Shown piece after piece: positions 36,001-47,328 of a DNA stretch of 64,000 nucleotides (the first letter of the stretch is position 1; each line of letters starts with the position of its first letter). The DNA is from Eledone cirrhosa. Its lineage: Eukaryota. The stretch spans positions 96,534,001 to 96,598,000 of the forward strand of contig OZ024742.1 in the NCBI GenBank assembly GCA_964016885.1, written 5' to 3'. Made by a program: the position numbers and the translations under genes. Below the pieces are notes generated by a model. It did no database searches and was not told the origin of the DNA. It was given only the letters and a program-made list of their open reading frames with translations.

Positions 36001-37444
36001 CACCACCACCAACTACTGTGACACTACCAACAACATCACCACCAACTACTGTGACACTACCAACAACATCACCACCAACTACTATGACACTACCAACAAC
36101 ACCACCACCAACTACTATGACACTACCAACAACATTACCACCAACTACTGTGACACTACCAACAACATCACCACCAACTACTGTGACAGTACCAACAACA
36201 TCACCACCAACTGCTATGACAGTACCAACAACATCACCACCAACTACTGTGACAGTACCAACAACACCACCACCAACTACTGTGACACTACCAACAACAT
36301 CACCACCAACTACTGTGACAGTACCAACAACATCACCACCAACTGCTATGACAGTACCAACAACATCACCACCAACTACTGTGACACTACCAACAACATC
36401 ACCACCAACTACTATGACACTACCAACAACATCACCACCAACTACTGTGACAGTACCAACAACATCACCACCAACTACTGTGAGACTACCAACAACATCA
36501 CCACCAACTACTATGACACTACCAACACCATCACCACCAACTACTGTGACACTACCAACAACATCACCACCAACTACTATGACACTACCAACAACATCAC
36601 CACCAACTACTGTGACAGTACCAACAACACCACCACCAACTACTGTGACACTACCAACAACATCACCACCAACTACTGTGACACTACCAACAACATCACC
36701 ACCAACTACTGTGACACTACCAACAACATCACCACCAACTACTGTGACACTACCAACAACATCACCACCAACTACTGTGACACTACCAACAACATCACCA
36801 CCAACTACTGTGACACTACCAACAACATCACCACCAACTACTATGACACTACCAACAACATCACCACCAAATACTGTGACACTACCAACAACATCACCAC
36901 CAACTACTGTGACACTACCAACAACATCACCACCAACTACTGTGACACTACCAACAACATCACCACCAACTACTATGACACTACCAACAACATCACCACC
37001 AACTACTGTGACACTACCAACAACACCACCACCTACTACTGTGACACTACCAACAACATCACCACCAACTACTATGACACTACCAACAACATCACCACCA
37101 ACTACTGTGACACTACCAACAACATCACCACCAACTACTGTGACACTACCAACAACACCACCACCAACTACTGTGACACTACCAACAACATCACCACCAA
37201 CTACTGTGACAGTACCAACAACATCACCACCAACTACTGTGACACTACCAACAACATCACCACCAACTACTGTAACACTACCAACAACATCACCACCAAC
37301 TACTATGACACTACCAATAACATCACCACCAACTACTGTGACACTACCAACAACATCACCACCAACTACTGTGACACTACCAACAATATCACCACCAACT
37401 ACTCTGACAGTACCAACAATATCACCACCAACTACTGTGACAGT
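1..37444. repeat. 33-bp tandem array (giant minisatellite), about 1,135 units, continues beyond the left edge
   Basis: Consensus CCAACAACATCACCACCAACTACTGTGACACTA repeats without any insertion. Common variants are GTG/ATG, CTA/GTA, ACA/AGA, TCA/CCA and ACA/CCA, with occasional 30-bp units lacking one triplet. Confidence 0.99.
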
Positions 37445-37643
37445 AATAACAACAACACCATCATCACCACCAATGCCTATGACAATAAAAATAACAACAA
37501 TGACAACCTACTGCCTCTATCAACACCACCATCATTCCCACCATTTTCTTCCAATCCTAACAAGTTACATAGAAAACGGTACCATCACCACCCTGACCAT
37601 TATCATAACAACACCACCATCACCACCTTTACCATTATCATAA
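26..37643 (+). CDS. Candidate giant mucin-like PTS domain (PTTSPPTTVTL)n, split into ORFs 26-22306, 22303-28929 and 28926-37643; coding status unproven
   Basis: The frame is open from the window edge apart from two -1 shifts (~22292, ~28915), and the product is Thr/Pro/Ser-rich. No signal peptide, VWD, CysD or CTCK domain is visible, and other frames are also open. Confidence 0.35.
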
Positions 37644-38262
37644 CAACACCACCATCACCACCTTTACCATTATCATAACAACAACACCATCACCACCAGC
37701 CACTATTATAACAACAACATTACCAAAACTACTGCTACAATCATCACCACTATACACTTCTCCTATCACTTGCAACATGACCATTACCACCACCAGCATC
37801 ACCACCACAACTACCGCCAACATTCCTCTACCATGTAATGTAAATAATAATAACAACAATACCACCACTACACACTTTTACAAACATACCCCTACCCCAC
37901 TGCTATCACCATCATCACCACAGTTTTCTACTTCCTTAACTACGAACTACAACATTGCAACTACTTCTATATCTATCACCACAGGTTTCTACTTCTGCTA
38001 TCACTATTGAAATATAGTATCACTATCACTACTACTGCCACCACCACAACTGCATACTTCTATAATCACCTTCAAACTACCACAACTACTACTGTCACCA
38101 TCACCACCACCATAGTTTTCTACTTCTGCTATCACTGCCTAACTACAACAAACCCATTACAACCACCACCACAACAGGCTTCAACTCCCTGCTATCACTA
38201 AATGACAACTACAGCAACAACAATGACAGCATAACTGATAACAACAGCAATAAAAACATCAA
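37445..38262. repeat. Degenerate (CAC/CAA/CAT/CTA)n trinucleotide low-complexity tract flanking the array
   Basis: Same A/C-rich triplet vocabulary as the array but without 33-bp periodicity. Confidence 0.9.
37581..37697. repeat. 35-bp tandem repeat, about 3.3 copies
   Basis: ACCATCACCACCTTTACCATTATCATAACAACACC-like units start at 37581, 37616, 37651 and 37686. Confidence 0.9.
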
Positions 38263-38476
38263 CGTTTTTGTATTATTATAAGACATAAAATAACTGCAAA
38301 CTTGCAATATTGATGTGTCATATCTCTTTGTAACTGTGTGACATTAACTGTAGAGAAGTGACAATCGGAATGGTCTTCTCTATACTTTCAAGTTAAACCA
38401 TTGCAATCAGAATCCACACTTTCACATAGTCTATATCTTTGGATATGTTTCTTAGAATATTTCTTTCAACAATTTG

Positions 38477-38630
38477 GTGTAGGCATGGTTGTATGGTTTA
38501 GGAATTCAGTTATCAACCATATAGTATTAGGTACACTCCCAATGCTTGATACCTTGGACAAGTGCCTTCTACTATAGTCTCAGGTTGACCAATGCATTGT
38601 CAGTGAAATTTGATAGACAGAAACTTCAGA
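38477..38630 (+). mobile_element. Decayed tRNA-derived SINE
   Basis: tRNA-like head (GGCATGGTTGTATGGTTTAGG) followed by a CCTTGGACAAGTGCCTTCTACTATAG body. A related head lies in reverse at ~40520-40610. Confidence 0.55.
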
Positions 38631-38864
38631 ATGTAGTTTCTCTTCTTTCTATCTTTTTCTACGTTTTATTTTATATTATATTTTTAATTATTATATTCTT
38701 CGTTTTAATTCTCTCTCCTAATCATCACTTCTTTTCTTTTTTCTATTTATCTTCTGAAAAGGACTAGCTTCCAACATATTAAATTTGTTTTCCTATTTAA
38801 TTAAGCATTAAACTGATATGCCATCATTGTATTGTCTTCATGTGTTGTTCTTCCTTGTTGACTT

Positions 38865-38900
38865 ATATATATATATATATATACACACACATGCATGTGT

Positions 38901-38949
<49 letters not shown>
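38865..38949. repeat. Compound (TA)n/(CA)n microsatellite
   Basis: Read directly from the sequence. Confidence 0.95.
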
Positions 38950-39744
38950 ATGAGGATATGTAATGTTGAAATCACTTCCCTTGATATTTTCCAGATTCTT
39001 CAGCTTTCCATATAAAGTAAGTTTCTAATCTACAGATTCATTATTTGTTGTAAGGGTACCAAACTAGATTACATGCAAACCCTTTGGTTTTAATTATTTT
39101 TCTCATGTTTCATATATAAGTGTCATCAATAATATCTCTGTAGGAATCAGAGAGTTTTATATACTGTTAAAGGAATGGAACGAAAGACGATTCAGGAAAT
39201 TTTTTAATTTCTCACTGCCTAATGTTTTTCAACAGAGAGAGACTCCTCTATTTAATTTAAACTTAATATATCATCTTGTAAAATTGAGGATATTACATGA
39301 TAAGCTTTATATATATATGTATGCTAGAAATCTACCAACTCATTATATATGTATTATATAATAATAGTTCTTGATAAGCATACAATATATGATGATAATT
39401 CTTTTGGGTAGGCTCTTATCATGGTGATTGAGTAATCCTGTTGATATGTTAGGTTTGGGCTTAACTAAGGAAATGGAACTTATCAAAAATGATATCATGA
39501 CACAAGAGATAGGCTGATTGCATGTGGATCTTATTAAAGGACACCAATCTATTAAGACAAATGCTGAATTGAAATTAAGCTACCTACAAGGATAAACTGA
39601 TCAAGTTTGATATAATGACACCAGAGACAAGGTATATTAATGAGAAATGTTAATGAAACATGTTCAAAATTAGGATAGGATTTGTTGATGTGGATAATAC
39701 AATGAACTTTATATTAAGCAGCAAGGCTTATACTGACATGCACC

Positions 39745-39885
39745 AGTCTTGATAATTTTTCTATGCTTGCATTAGTTGAATGGATCATCTCCAGTACAGC
39801 TTCATACCACATGTATTTCTTCATCATCTTCTCTGTGAGGTTCATCAGTTTGAGATAATTTTTCATCATTTCTGTCCACTTTGTG
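39745..39885 (-). mobile_element. Decayed RTE LINE 3' end
   Basis: Minus translation KWTEMMKNYLKLMNLTEKMMKKYMWYEAVLE resembles the RTE C-terminus (TWDEV..DL....LT..M....W..AV), followed by an ATGCAAGCATAGAA tail motif. Confidence 0.45.
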
Positions 39886-40049
39886 GTTTACTGATAAGGC
39901 ACAGAACATATACAGAAACAAAATATGACAAATTCAATCTACAAACAATTTGCAAATCAAAAACCATTGCTAGAATACTCAGATATGTTGAGATAAATGT
40001 TAAAATAAGATAGGTAGGCATAAAAGCTAAACTTCAATTCAGTGTTCAT

Positions 40050-40350
40050 GCCTTCCCACACCTATAGTCATGAATCCTGGGTGGTAATATAAAAGAATAC
40101 AATTGAAAATACATGTGGCTGAAATGTGGTTCCTCCAAAGGGTCTGCAGAATAATGTTACTTAATAAGGTGCATAACCTAGACATCATGGAGTTACTTCA
40201 GTTAGAACAACCATTTTCTACATCAGGTTTTCACAGCTCCAGTACTAACGATACATGGTTAGAATGTCCCAGGAAAGAATTGCAGGACAGATTTTACAGG
40301 CAAAGCTAACTGGCAGGAGATCAAGAGTTAGACCATGAGCAGGGTGGTTT
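40050..40350 (+). mobile_element. Decayed RTE-clade LINE fragment (post-RT C-terminal region)
   Basis: PTYSHESW...KIHVAEMWFLQRVCRIMLLNKVHNLDIMELLQLEQ matches the LTYGxEsW..IQAAEMxFLRR..DKVRN..IRE.L pattern, with stops and frameshifts. Confidence 0.7.
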
Positions 40351-41854
40351 GATAACATCTAATCTGTTTGAGCGTTCCACAGATATGTATGCCCATATCA
40401 TAAAGCCCAAGCAACATCAGCATTGTACAATATGTGACAAAGAGGGACCACAGAATGTATGGTACAATCCATCCAACAGACGTCCATATATTTTCTGTCT
40501 ACTTAATTTAACTCATTTGGCTTGGACATACTCAAATGCCACATGGTAGGATTGAACCTGAGACTTCATGACTGTAAATGAAATTCTTAATCACTCAGCC
40601 ATGCCTGCATTCAATAATTTGCAGGGAAAGCACTTTGCTAACATCAATTCTAAAAAGATGAAGTACAAAGACACCATGCTTAAATGAGTTATCATAGTCG
40701 CCATGTGAACACATACTTTGTAACTATAGAAAGCAAGTTCCTACGTAGTAAAGCGATTTAGTAAGAGCACTCAATAAAAGAGAAATATATCAGATTTGGA
40801 GCAATAATTGTGTATTAAATAAATCCTTTTTTCTAAATCGATAGTTTATTGTTCAAAGGTATTTACAGTCAGTGATTCACTTTCTAAGAATTATATCAGG
40901 TTCACTGAAAATCCTTTTAATTTTAGATATAATCAATATAAATATACTTTTAGATATCCTGGAAGATTTTTGACATCAATTTATCAAAGTGCATTTGGTG
41001 TTTAAAATGTACTATTATCAGAAAATATAGTCATTTGGAAGATGTTAGAAGTTCATGAGTTTGTTATAAAGGAACATGGTTATGATATTGGACTCATCAG
41101 CATAAGATTGTATGTTTGATTTGCATACTGGGTGATGCATTGAATTGAGTGAGACATTTCCTTTCACATTGCTTCAGTTCACTCAGTTGAACCTGAGTAC
41201 CAATATGCATTTAAGTTATAAGTTTTAGGGATGAGTGAATCAGTAACCAAGCAGTAAAATTAAATTGTAAATAACACATGAATTATTACTATATACACCA
41301 CAGAAAAACAGGGTTAATATAATTTTATGTCCATTTCCCTACCAGCCAGAGTTGAATGGGTTGTCTGCAGACTGGCTAGGGAACTCACAACTTGCTCACT
41401 TACGATCACATGCACCACCGAATGCATTTTATTGTGACAACCACACTAGTAAGTCACTATTTATTTGACACAACTGATGAATCCTCCCAAAACTTTCTTT
41501 GGCAAGGTTCCTATGTTTGGATGCCCTTCCTTTACAAGAAAAATCTAATGAGCTTTTGAATTTAATCAACATCTGTAGCAATTCTACAAATGAAGATATC
41601 TCTGTGTTTAAAAAACAAGTTAAGATCTGATTCTTTGATTCTTTCAACTGATTAAAAGTCTGCTTTTATCAGCTAAATCAACATTAAAAGCTGATCATCA
41701 GATCAGATCAAGGAAACTATATTTTCAATGTTCTGATGACTGCCAATTCACAAATCAACAAATGTTACACAATCCTGATATTTATATAATATAGAGCAAG
41801 ATATTTTCAAAAATTTAACAAAGTTAAACACATTGCGTTCATTATGAAATTAAT

Positions 41855-42325
41855 ATTCTGAGTTCTAATCCCACCAGGGTCAACTTTGACTTTCATCCTT
41901 CCAGGGTTAATGAATAATGTGCTGTTCAAGTACTGATGTTGAAATAATTAACAATGCCCTTACACACATATACAATTTTATTTATGTAATTAATTGTCAA
42001 TTAACTGGCACCATTTCTGGTTTGCAGAAGTGTTTTGGAAGTATTTTAAAGAATAGTGTAGCTACTATGAGTCACTTATGCCTACATCAAAAACCATTAT
42101 TAAATTAACTGCATGGGTGGGGGATTGACTGAATTATTACAGACGTAATAATTGTAGCATTTGTTCCCATTCTTTCATTCTGAGTTTAAATACCATTGAG
42201 GTCAAATTTATTATTTATCCTTCTAGGGTCGATAAAATAAAGTACTAGTTAATTATTGAGATCGATTTAATCAACTTCCCCTTTCCCATAGAATTGCTGG
42301 CCTTGTACTAAATGTAGAAATTCTT
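41855..42325 (+). mobile_element. Two decayed copies of the tRNA-SINE family seen at 61.4-62.0 kb (~41855-41940 and ~42115-42325)
   Basis: Share TTCTGAGTT..AAT.CCA..GAGGTCAA.TTT...TT.ATCCTT...GGGTCGATAAAATAAAGTAC with those copies. Confidence 0.7.
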
Positions 42326-42759
42326 ATTAAATTAAGAGTCTTGAAATTTTGATAAAAATATAGCTTTGAAAAATAATACAAAGAAACATTTTATTAAAAC
42401 CTATTTAAATGATTTTAAAATGTTTTTTTCCCAGATGACATTAATAAATATTATATACCATTTTTATTTTGATTAAAACATTCAAATGTATGTTACTTGT
42501 ATTAATGCAGGAAAAAATTCACCAGAAAAAAAATGGCTGCAAAACGTCAATAAACCACTTATTAAATGGCTTGGTGTTTGTTTCAATGATTTATTTAAGA
42601 TATTAAATAAAATGTAAATTTTCTTTATGTACTTGTAGTGCAGTTATATAAATGTGTGATGTCATCACATATGTATACCAGTTAATAACTACAAAAAAAA
42701 AATAATGATTTGTTTAATCAAATTATTTGGTATGGTATTTAAATGAAATGTGATGTGAA

Positions 42760-43005
42760 GGTGTGTGGCCTGGAAGTTAGGGTGTTGGGCTTATGCTCAT
42801 AAGATCATAAATTCATTCCTAAAGATGGGTGACAAAATGTGTTTTTAAGTAAGGCCATTTCATTTCACATAGCTTCAGTTCTCTTAGCTGTAAATGATTA
42901 ATAGTAGCTGGGTTAGCTGTATGAGGGACAGGCATGCCATCCAGGGGAATAGTTTGTACTTTTAGTTTCACAATGCCCATGAAACTGGGATAAGCACTGG
43001 TCATT
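42760..43005 (+). mobile_element. Older tRNA-head SINE; related decayed copy at ~41070-41200
   Basis: GGTGTGTGGCCT..GTTAGGGTGTTGG head, TTTCACAT.GCTTCAGTTC.CT.AG core shared with 41160-41190, and a CCATCCAGGGGAATAG...GAAACTGGGATAAGC body. Confidence 0.5.
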
Positions 43006-43952
43006 ATCTAATGGAAAAACAGATGTATGATGATAACTCTAATAAATCAATAAATTCTGACATTTTCTTCAATGATCTTTGTTCTATGATTAACCCTTTT
43101 CAGTGTTCGAAAAATACATTTTGAGAAGCTAAATTGAAAATTGCTATAAAATATTTTATGGAGAAATCATTTTACACTCTTGAAAGAATGAAAACTGTGT
43201 TTGTTTCTTTTAGTAAACAAATTCGCAAACGCTGAATAATCTTTAAATTTTGTCTAACATATTTCATACCAATCTGGTCAATGCCAGCTCAGATTCTACA
43301 AAAATAAAACGATCCATTTTAATGGGCTTGTATTTAAATTAATATTTTTTAACATAATCTGATACAAAAACCATGTGAAATTCATTCCTATCAGAGAAAT
43401 GAAAAAAATAATGATCATCGTAAATCCTTCGAAATATTTGATTAATTAATTAAAATATAGAGTATTTCATTAAAAATACCATCATGAAAAATTGTTGAAA
43501 AATTCACGGAGCAAAGTCGTTTTATGTTTTCAACTAATTAAAAACTAAATGTTTCATAAATTGAATTAACAAAAAAGAAATGAAAAGTAACCTCCACTCA
43601 AAAAGGTGATAGAGAATTGGATTATCAGATATGTTAAATAAAATCCTTTAATAAATATTTTTAACTAAACATGCTTGCAATTGATACTTCCATGTTCATA
43701 TCTACTAACAAGAAGAAAGCTTTCGTCTAGCAGACATTAGGCAACCAGCACAGGCACAGCTATACACATAACCTGCATGTACTCACTTCACTAATTCATT
43801 AATTTGCATACTGTCACATAAGAAATAAAACATCAGAAATAAAAATTGCACATGCTTCAGGACAGTTGATATTAACTTTCTCTCCCCCCTCTCCTTCTAA
43901 ATATATTTATATATGTTTGATATATATATATATATTTGATATATATATATTC

Positions 43953-44095
43953 AATATTATTAAGGCTAAACATTGAGTCTTCTTACTTTGGAGTTTTGCC
44001 TGTTTGTCACAGGGTCATCAGACAAGATGAAGGCCCTGTGATGAACAGACAAAACTCCAGAGTAACAAGACTCACTTTTTAGCCTTAATAATATT
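43953..44095. mobile_element. About 140-bp palindrome of two inverted Penelope-type pLTR ends with decayed hammerhead motifs
   Basis: Arms ATATTATTAAGGCTAAA...TCACAGGG and CCCTGTGA...TTTAGCCTTAATAATAT. The minus strand reads CTTGT-CTGATGA-CCCTGT..ACAGGC-AAAA-CTCCAAAG-TA-AGAAG. Abuts (TA)n. Confidence 0.7.
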
Positions 44096-44137
44096 TGATA
44101 TTAAAATTCTACTTAGGTATTGAGTACTCCTTTCTCT

Positions 44138-44722
44138 CAACCATCAACCACATGCGGATATCTAGTATGCCTAGTTTCTCTCTAAATTCGTTTATGCTTT
44201 GCTGTTCATGTATATTACTATTACACATCCATCCTCTACACACAGTAACCAGGCTTCACTACCATGCAACATTGCAGCTTTTATATATGTGTCATACAAT
44301 CTGTCTTTCATTTTGAGGGAAAAACCTTTTGTAGCTAGCAGTGGTAGTATCTCCTTGAACCTCTTCCATCCCGTCCTCACTCTGGATACTGTACTTTCAG
44401 AACACCCACCCTTCACTGCTAATTTGGTCACAAAGGTAACTGTAGCTGTCTCCTGCTTCTAATGAAACTTCCCAGAAGTTGATAGTGCTTGTTTCCTTTT
44501 GTTGTTTGATATTTACTGCTCCATTATGCAATTTACTGCAACAGCTACATATAAAACCTACGTTCTTAGATAAACTACCTGAGATCCCACTACATCTCTT
44601 GACTAACCATAATTTGCATTTGGGACAGTGGTTGGAATTTCTACCTACACGTTCCCTACACACTGAGGAAGGCTATTTCCTCAAGGGGATCATGGATCTG
44701 CTTTCCGTTTTATGTTGACTTT
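44138..44722 (-). mobile_element. RTE LINE internal fragment (PHD finger plus RT thumb region), same family as 62.3-63.8 kb
   Basis: CRERVGRNSNHCPKCKLW..CSGISGSLSKNVGFIC and GGCSESTVSRVRTGWKRFKEILPLLATKGFSLKMKDRLYDTYIKAAMLHGSEAW. Confidence 0.9.
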
Positions 44723-44724
44723 TA

Positions 44725-45202
44725 TCATCATCATCATCACCGTTTAACGTCCATCTTCCACGCTAGCATGTGTTGGACAGTTTTGTCCCACTTGATTGGT
44801 CGGGAGACCATGTCTTGCTCATACAGGAGTGTTTCTAGCAGGTTTTCTACAGCTGGATGCCCTTCCTAACACCAACCACATTTACAGTGAGAACTAGGTG
44901 CTTTTTGCTGTGTCACCTACACGAAAACTTTACAGTGGACAGAAGTGGGAGGATGGAGTAGGGGTTGTGGGGTGTATATTGGGTTAAGAGGTGCCTACTG
45001 ATTGTAGGTTTAAGTTTGTATGCAAGGGAAGGCGGGTCTTCTGTATAACTGTATAGCGCCAAAGATCTCAATCCAGTGACATTGTCTTAGAGTGGTGTAA
45101 GAGAGCAAAGTCAGTTTTTATCACCTCGTCCCAGGTTTTTGGGGTCTACTCACTCTGTAGCTTCAATCAATGTTCATCGCTCTGCACTTTTTTTATACAG
45201 CT
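44725..45202 (-). mobile_element. RTE LINE 3' fragment with 3' UTR and (GAT)n tail
   Basis: Minus translation SCIKKCRAMN...TWDEVIKTD..DLWRYTVIQKT, the AGGAAGGGCATCCAGC motif, and a GTTAAACG(GAT)n tail. Confidence 0.85.
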
Positions 45203-46029
45203 GTTGTCCTTATATATAAATATATATCATATAAACACACATTATTCGCAATAAACACATGCTCTCATGTACACAGCTACAACCAAAACACACTAATAAA
45301 TACATACCCACAATCCATCTTCCCATTTACACACCTGTCACTGAACATCCCCTATACATACATTACCTGTTAGTTTCATGGAAATCACTACTCAATATTT
45401 CTTCCCTTTTTCTCTTCATCTTTTCTGCTCTTTTCTCCTTTTTTCCTTATTATTAGTTATAATTAGCTATTGTGTGTTACTGATTATTTTACATTTGGGG
45501 TTCACGAAAATCATATACTGAGGTCAATATAATCAACTGTTCCTGTCCCACCAAAATTTTTTACTTTGTGAATATATAAAAATTAGTATAATATTTATGA
45601 TTAGGGAGTTGTACTTGTTAAAGAATATAATAACTACTGGTATGGAAATTTGTAAGTTGAAAGTGGAATTTACCATTTAATATTTCAATTCTATTTTCAA
45701 TTTCCATCTTAAATATTGATGTAGTTTTAGTCATGTATTTTACTGTGTTTTTGTGTTCACTATTAGTACAGTATGCCATTATATTCAGTAGATATTTTAT
45801 TGAATAGTGATTCTTTAGATAATTATGATCAGATATTCCTAGCTAAATTTTAATTATATTTGGGGTGTGGATAGAAGATTTACATGTATGTTGCAATTCT
45901 TCATTAATTTTTTTTAAGGTTCATACAAATAAATATCTAAATTTCTATTCATGTTCCTGGCTTATAGAATTATTTACAACCCCCCCCCCCCACATATATA
46001 TATATATATGTGAGGACTCTTTATTTATG

Positions 46030-46322
46030 TCAAGGATATGACAGCCTTCCAAATGTTTGGTCATAGGGAGGGATCCAGCCATAGAAATATTGTCAAACAA
46101 AGGTTTGGGAGGACCCTCAGTTGTGTCAAAGACATGACAACTTCTCCTGTGCACTCGTTGGAATGTGCGACTGTACATAAGCAAGCTCTCTGGCTTATTT
46201 GGGAATCACTGGTCCCACTTCAGTGCTGACCTGGTCTATGTAGACCCGTTCAACACTTGCCAGCAAGGAAATACAGACTTTAAAATGATGACGATGATGA
46301 TGATGATGATGATGATGATGAT
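46030..46322 (+). mobile_element. SINE-like element with RTE-type 3' end and (GAT)n tail
   Basis: GGGAGGGATCCAGCCATAGAAA motif, then CCGTTCAACACTTGCCAGCAAGGAA..(GAT)n. Confidence 0.6.
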
Positions 46323-47228
46323 ATATGTGTGTGTATTTGTGTGTGTATATCTGTGATATATGAATCATTGTTCATATTTAGCACTTGATTCAGTTTTCCA
46401 AGGACCAAATTTAACTCAATGAATCAATGATTGTGTCCCCCAATAACAGAATCTAAAGAATAATGTATTTGTTCGAACCTTTTGACACAAACCTGCCAGA
46501 AGCCACCTGTGATTCTCTAAAACCAAATCACCCATTTGAAATGGTTTCAGTTAAAATTCAAATTTTACAACATACTTTGAAATAAGAATGTTTTCATAAG
46601 CTAAGATACTAATACAATCTTGATAATGAAATGATTATTAATTTTATTGAATCTCTCCAAATTCTCCATTAATTAGTTCAATTATAGTGTATTGTATTAG
46701 AAATATAATAACAAAATGGTTGCACTTAGAAATTCAATAATATTTTTAATTTGACTTATTTTGCATTCCCACTATGTCAAAATACAGTTTCTCTGCCCCA
46801 ACCACACAAAACACCCACTATCATCATCTTAATCATTATTTTGTCTGTTTTCGATGCTGGCATGGGTTGGAGGGGTTATAGCGACATGAGACTTGACACA
46901 TCAGAGAACCACATATTGCTCATATGCTTCTATGTCAGGATGCCTTCTATGTCAGGATGCCTTTTCCAATGCCATTCCCTGTATAGAGTATATTGTATGT
47001 ATTTTATCATGACATCAGCACTACTAATTTGTACTATGTGTATTTTATTGTGATACCATCACAACTATTTAGTAAGTATACAGGGTTCATTTAAACATGG
47101 TACCAGCACTATCACTACCATTTTACAGAGTGCACTCAGTGCATTCTTTTATAGCAATAGCAGGAGGAATTATAGAGTGTTCTGAAAGAATTTTTTTGTT
47201 GCACCAGCACAACTACTATACATATATT

Positions 47229-47270
47229 ACACACACACACACACACATACACACACATACATATAATATA

Positions 47271-47325
<55 letters not shown>
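47229..47325. repeat. (CA)n/(TA)n microsatellite
   Basis: Read directly from the sequence. Confidence 0.95.

Positions 47326-47328
<3 letters not shown>

Noticed and set aside
1-37444. CRISPR-like or telomeric array
   Set aside because: Units are contiguous with no unique spacers, there are no cas genes, the context is eukaryotic, and the unit is not a TTAGGG-type repeat.
37638-38201. Short Thr-rich/Val-rich ORFs
   Set aside because: By-products of the triplet low-complexity tract.
41340-41650. 72-aa minus ORF, possibly a decayed transposase
   Set aside because: No motif I can confidently assign and no clear splice signals.
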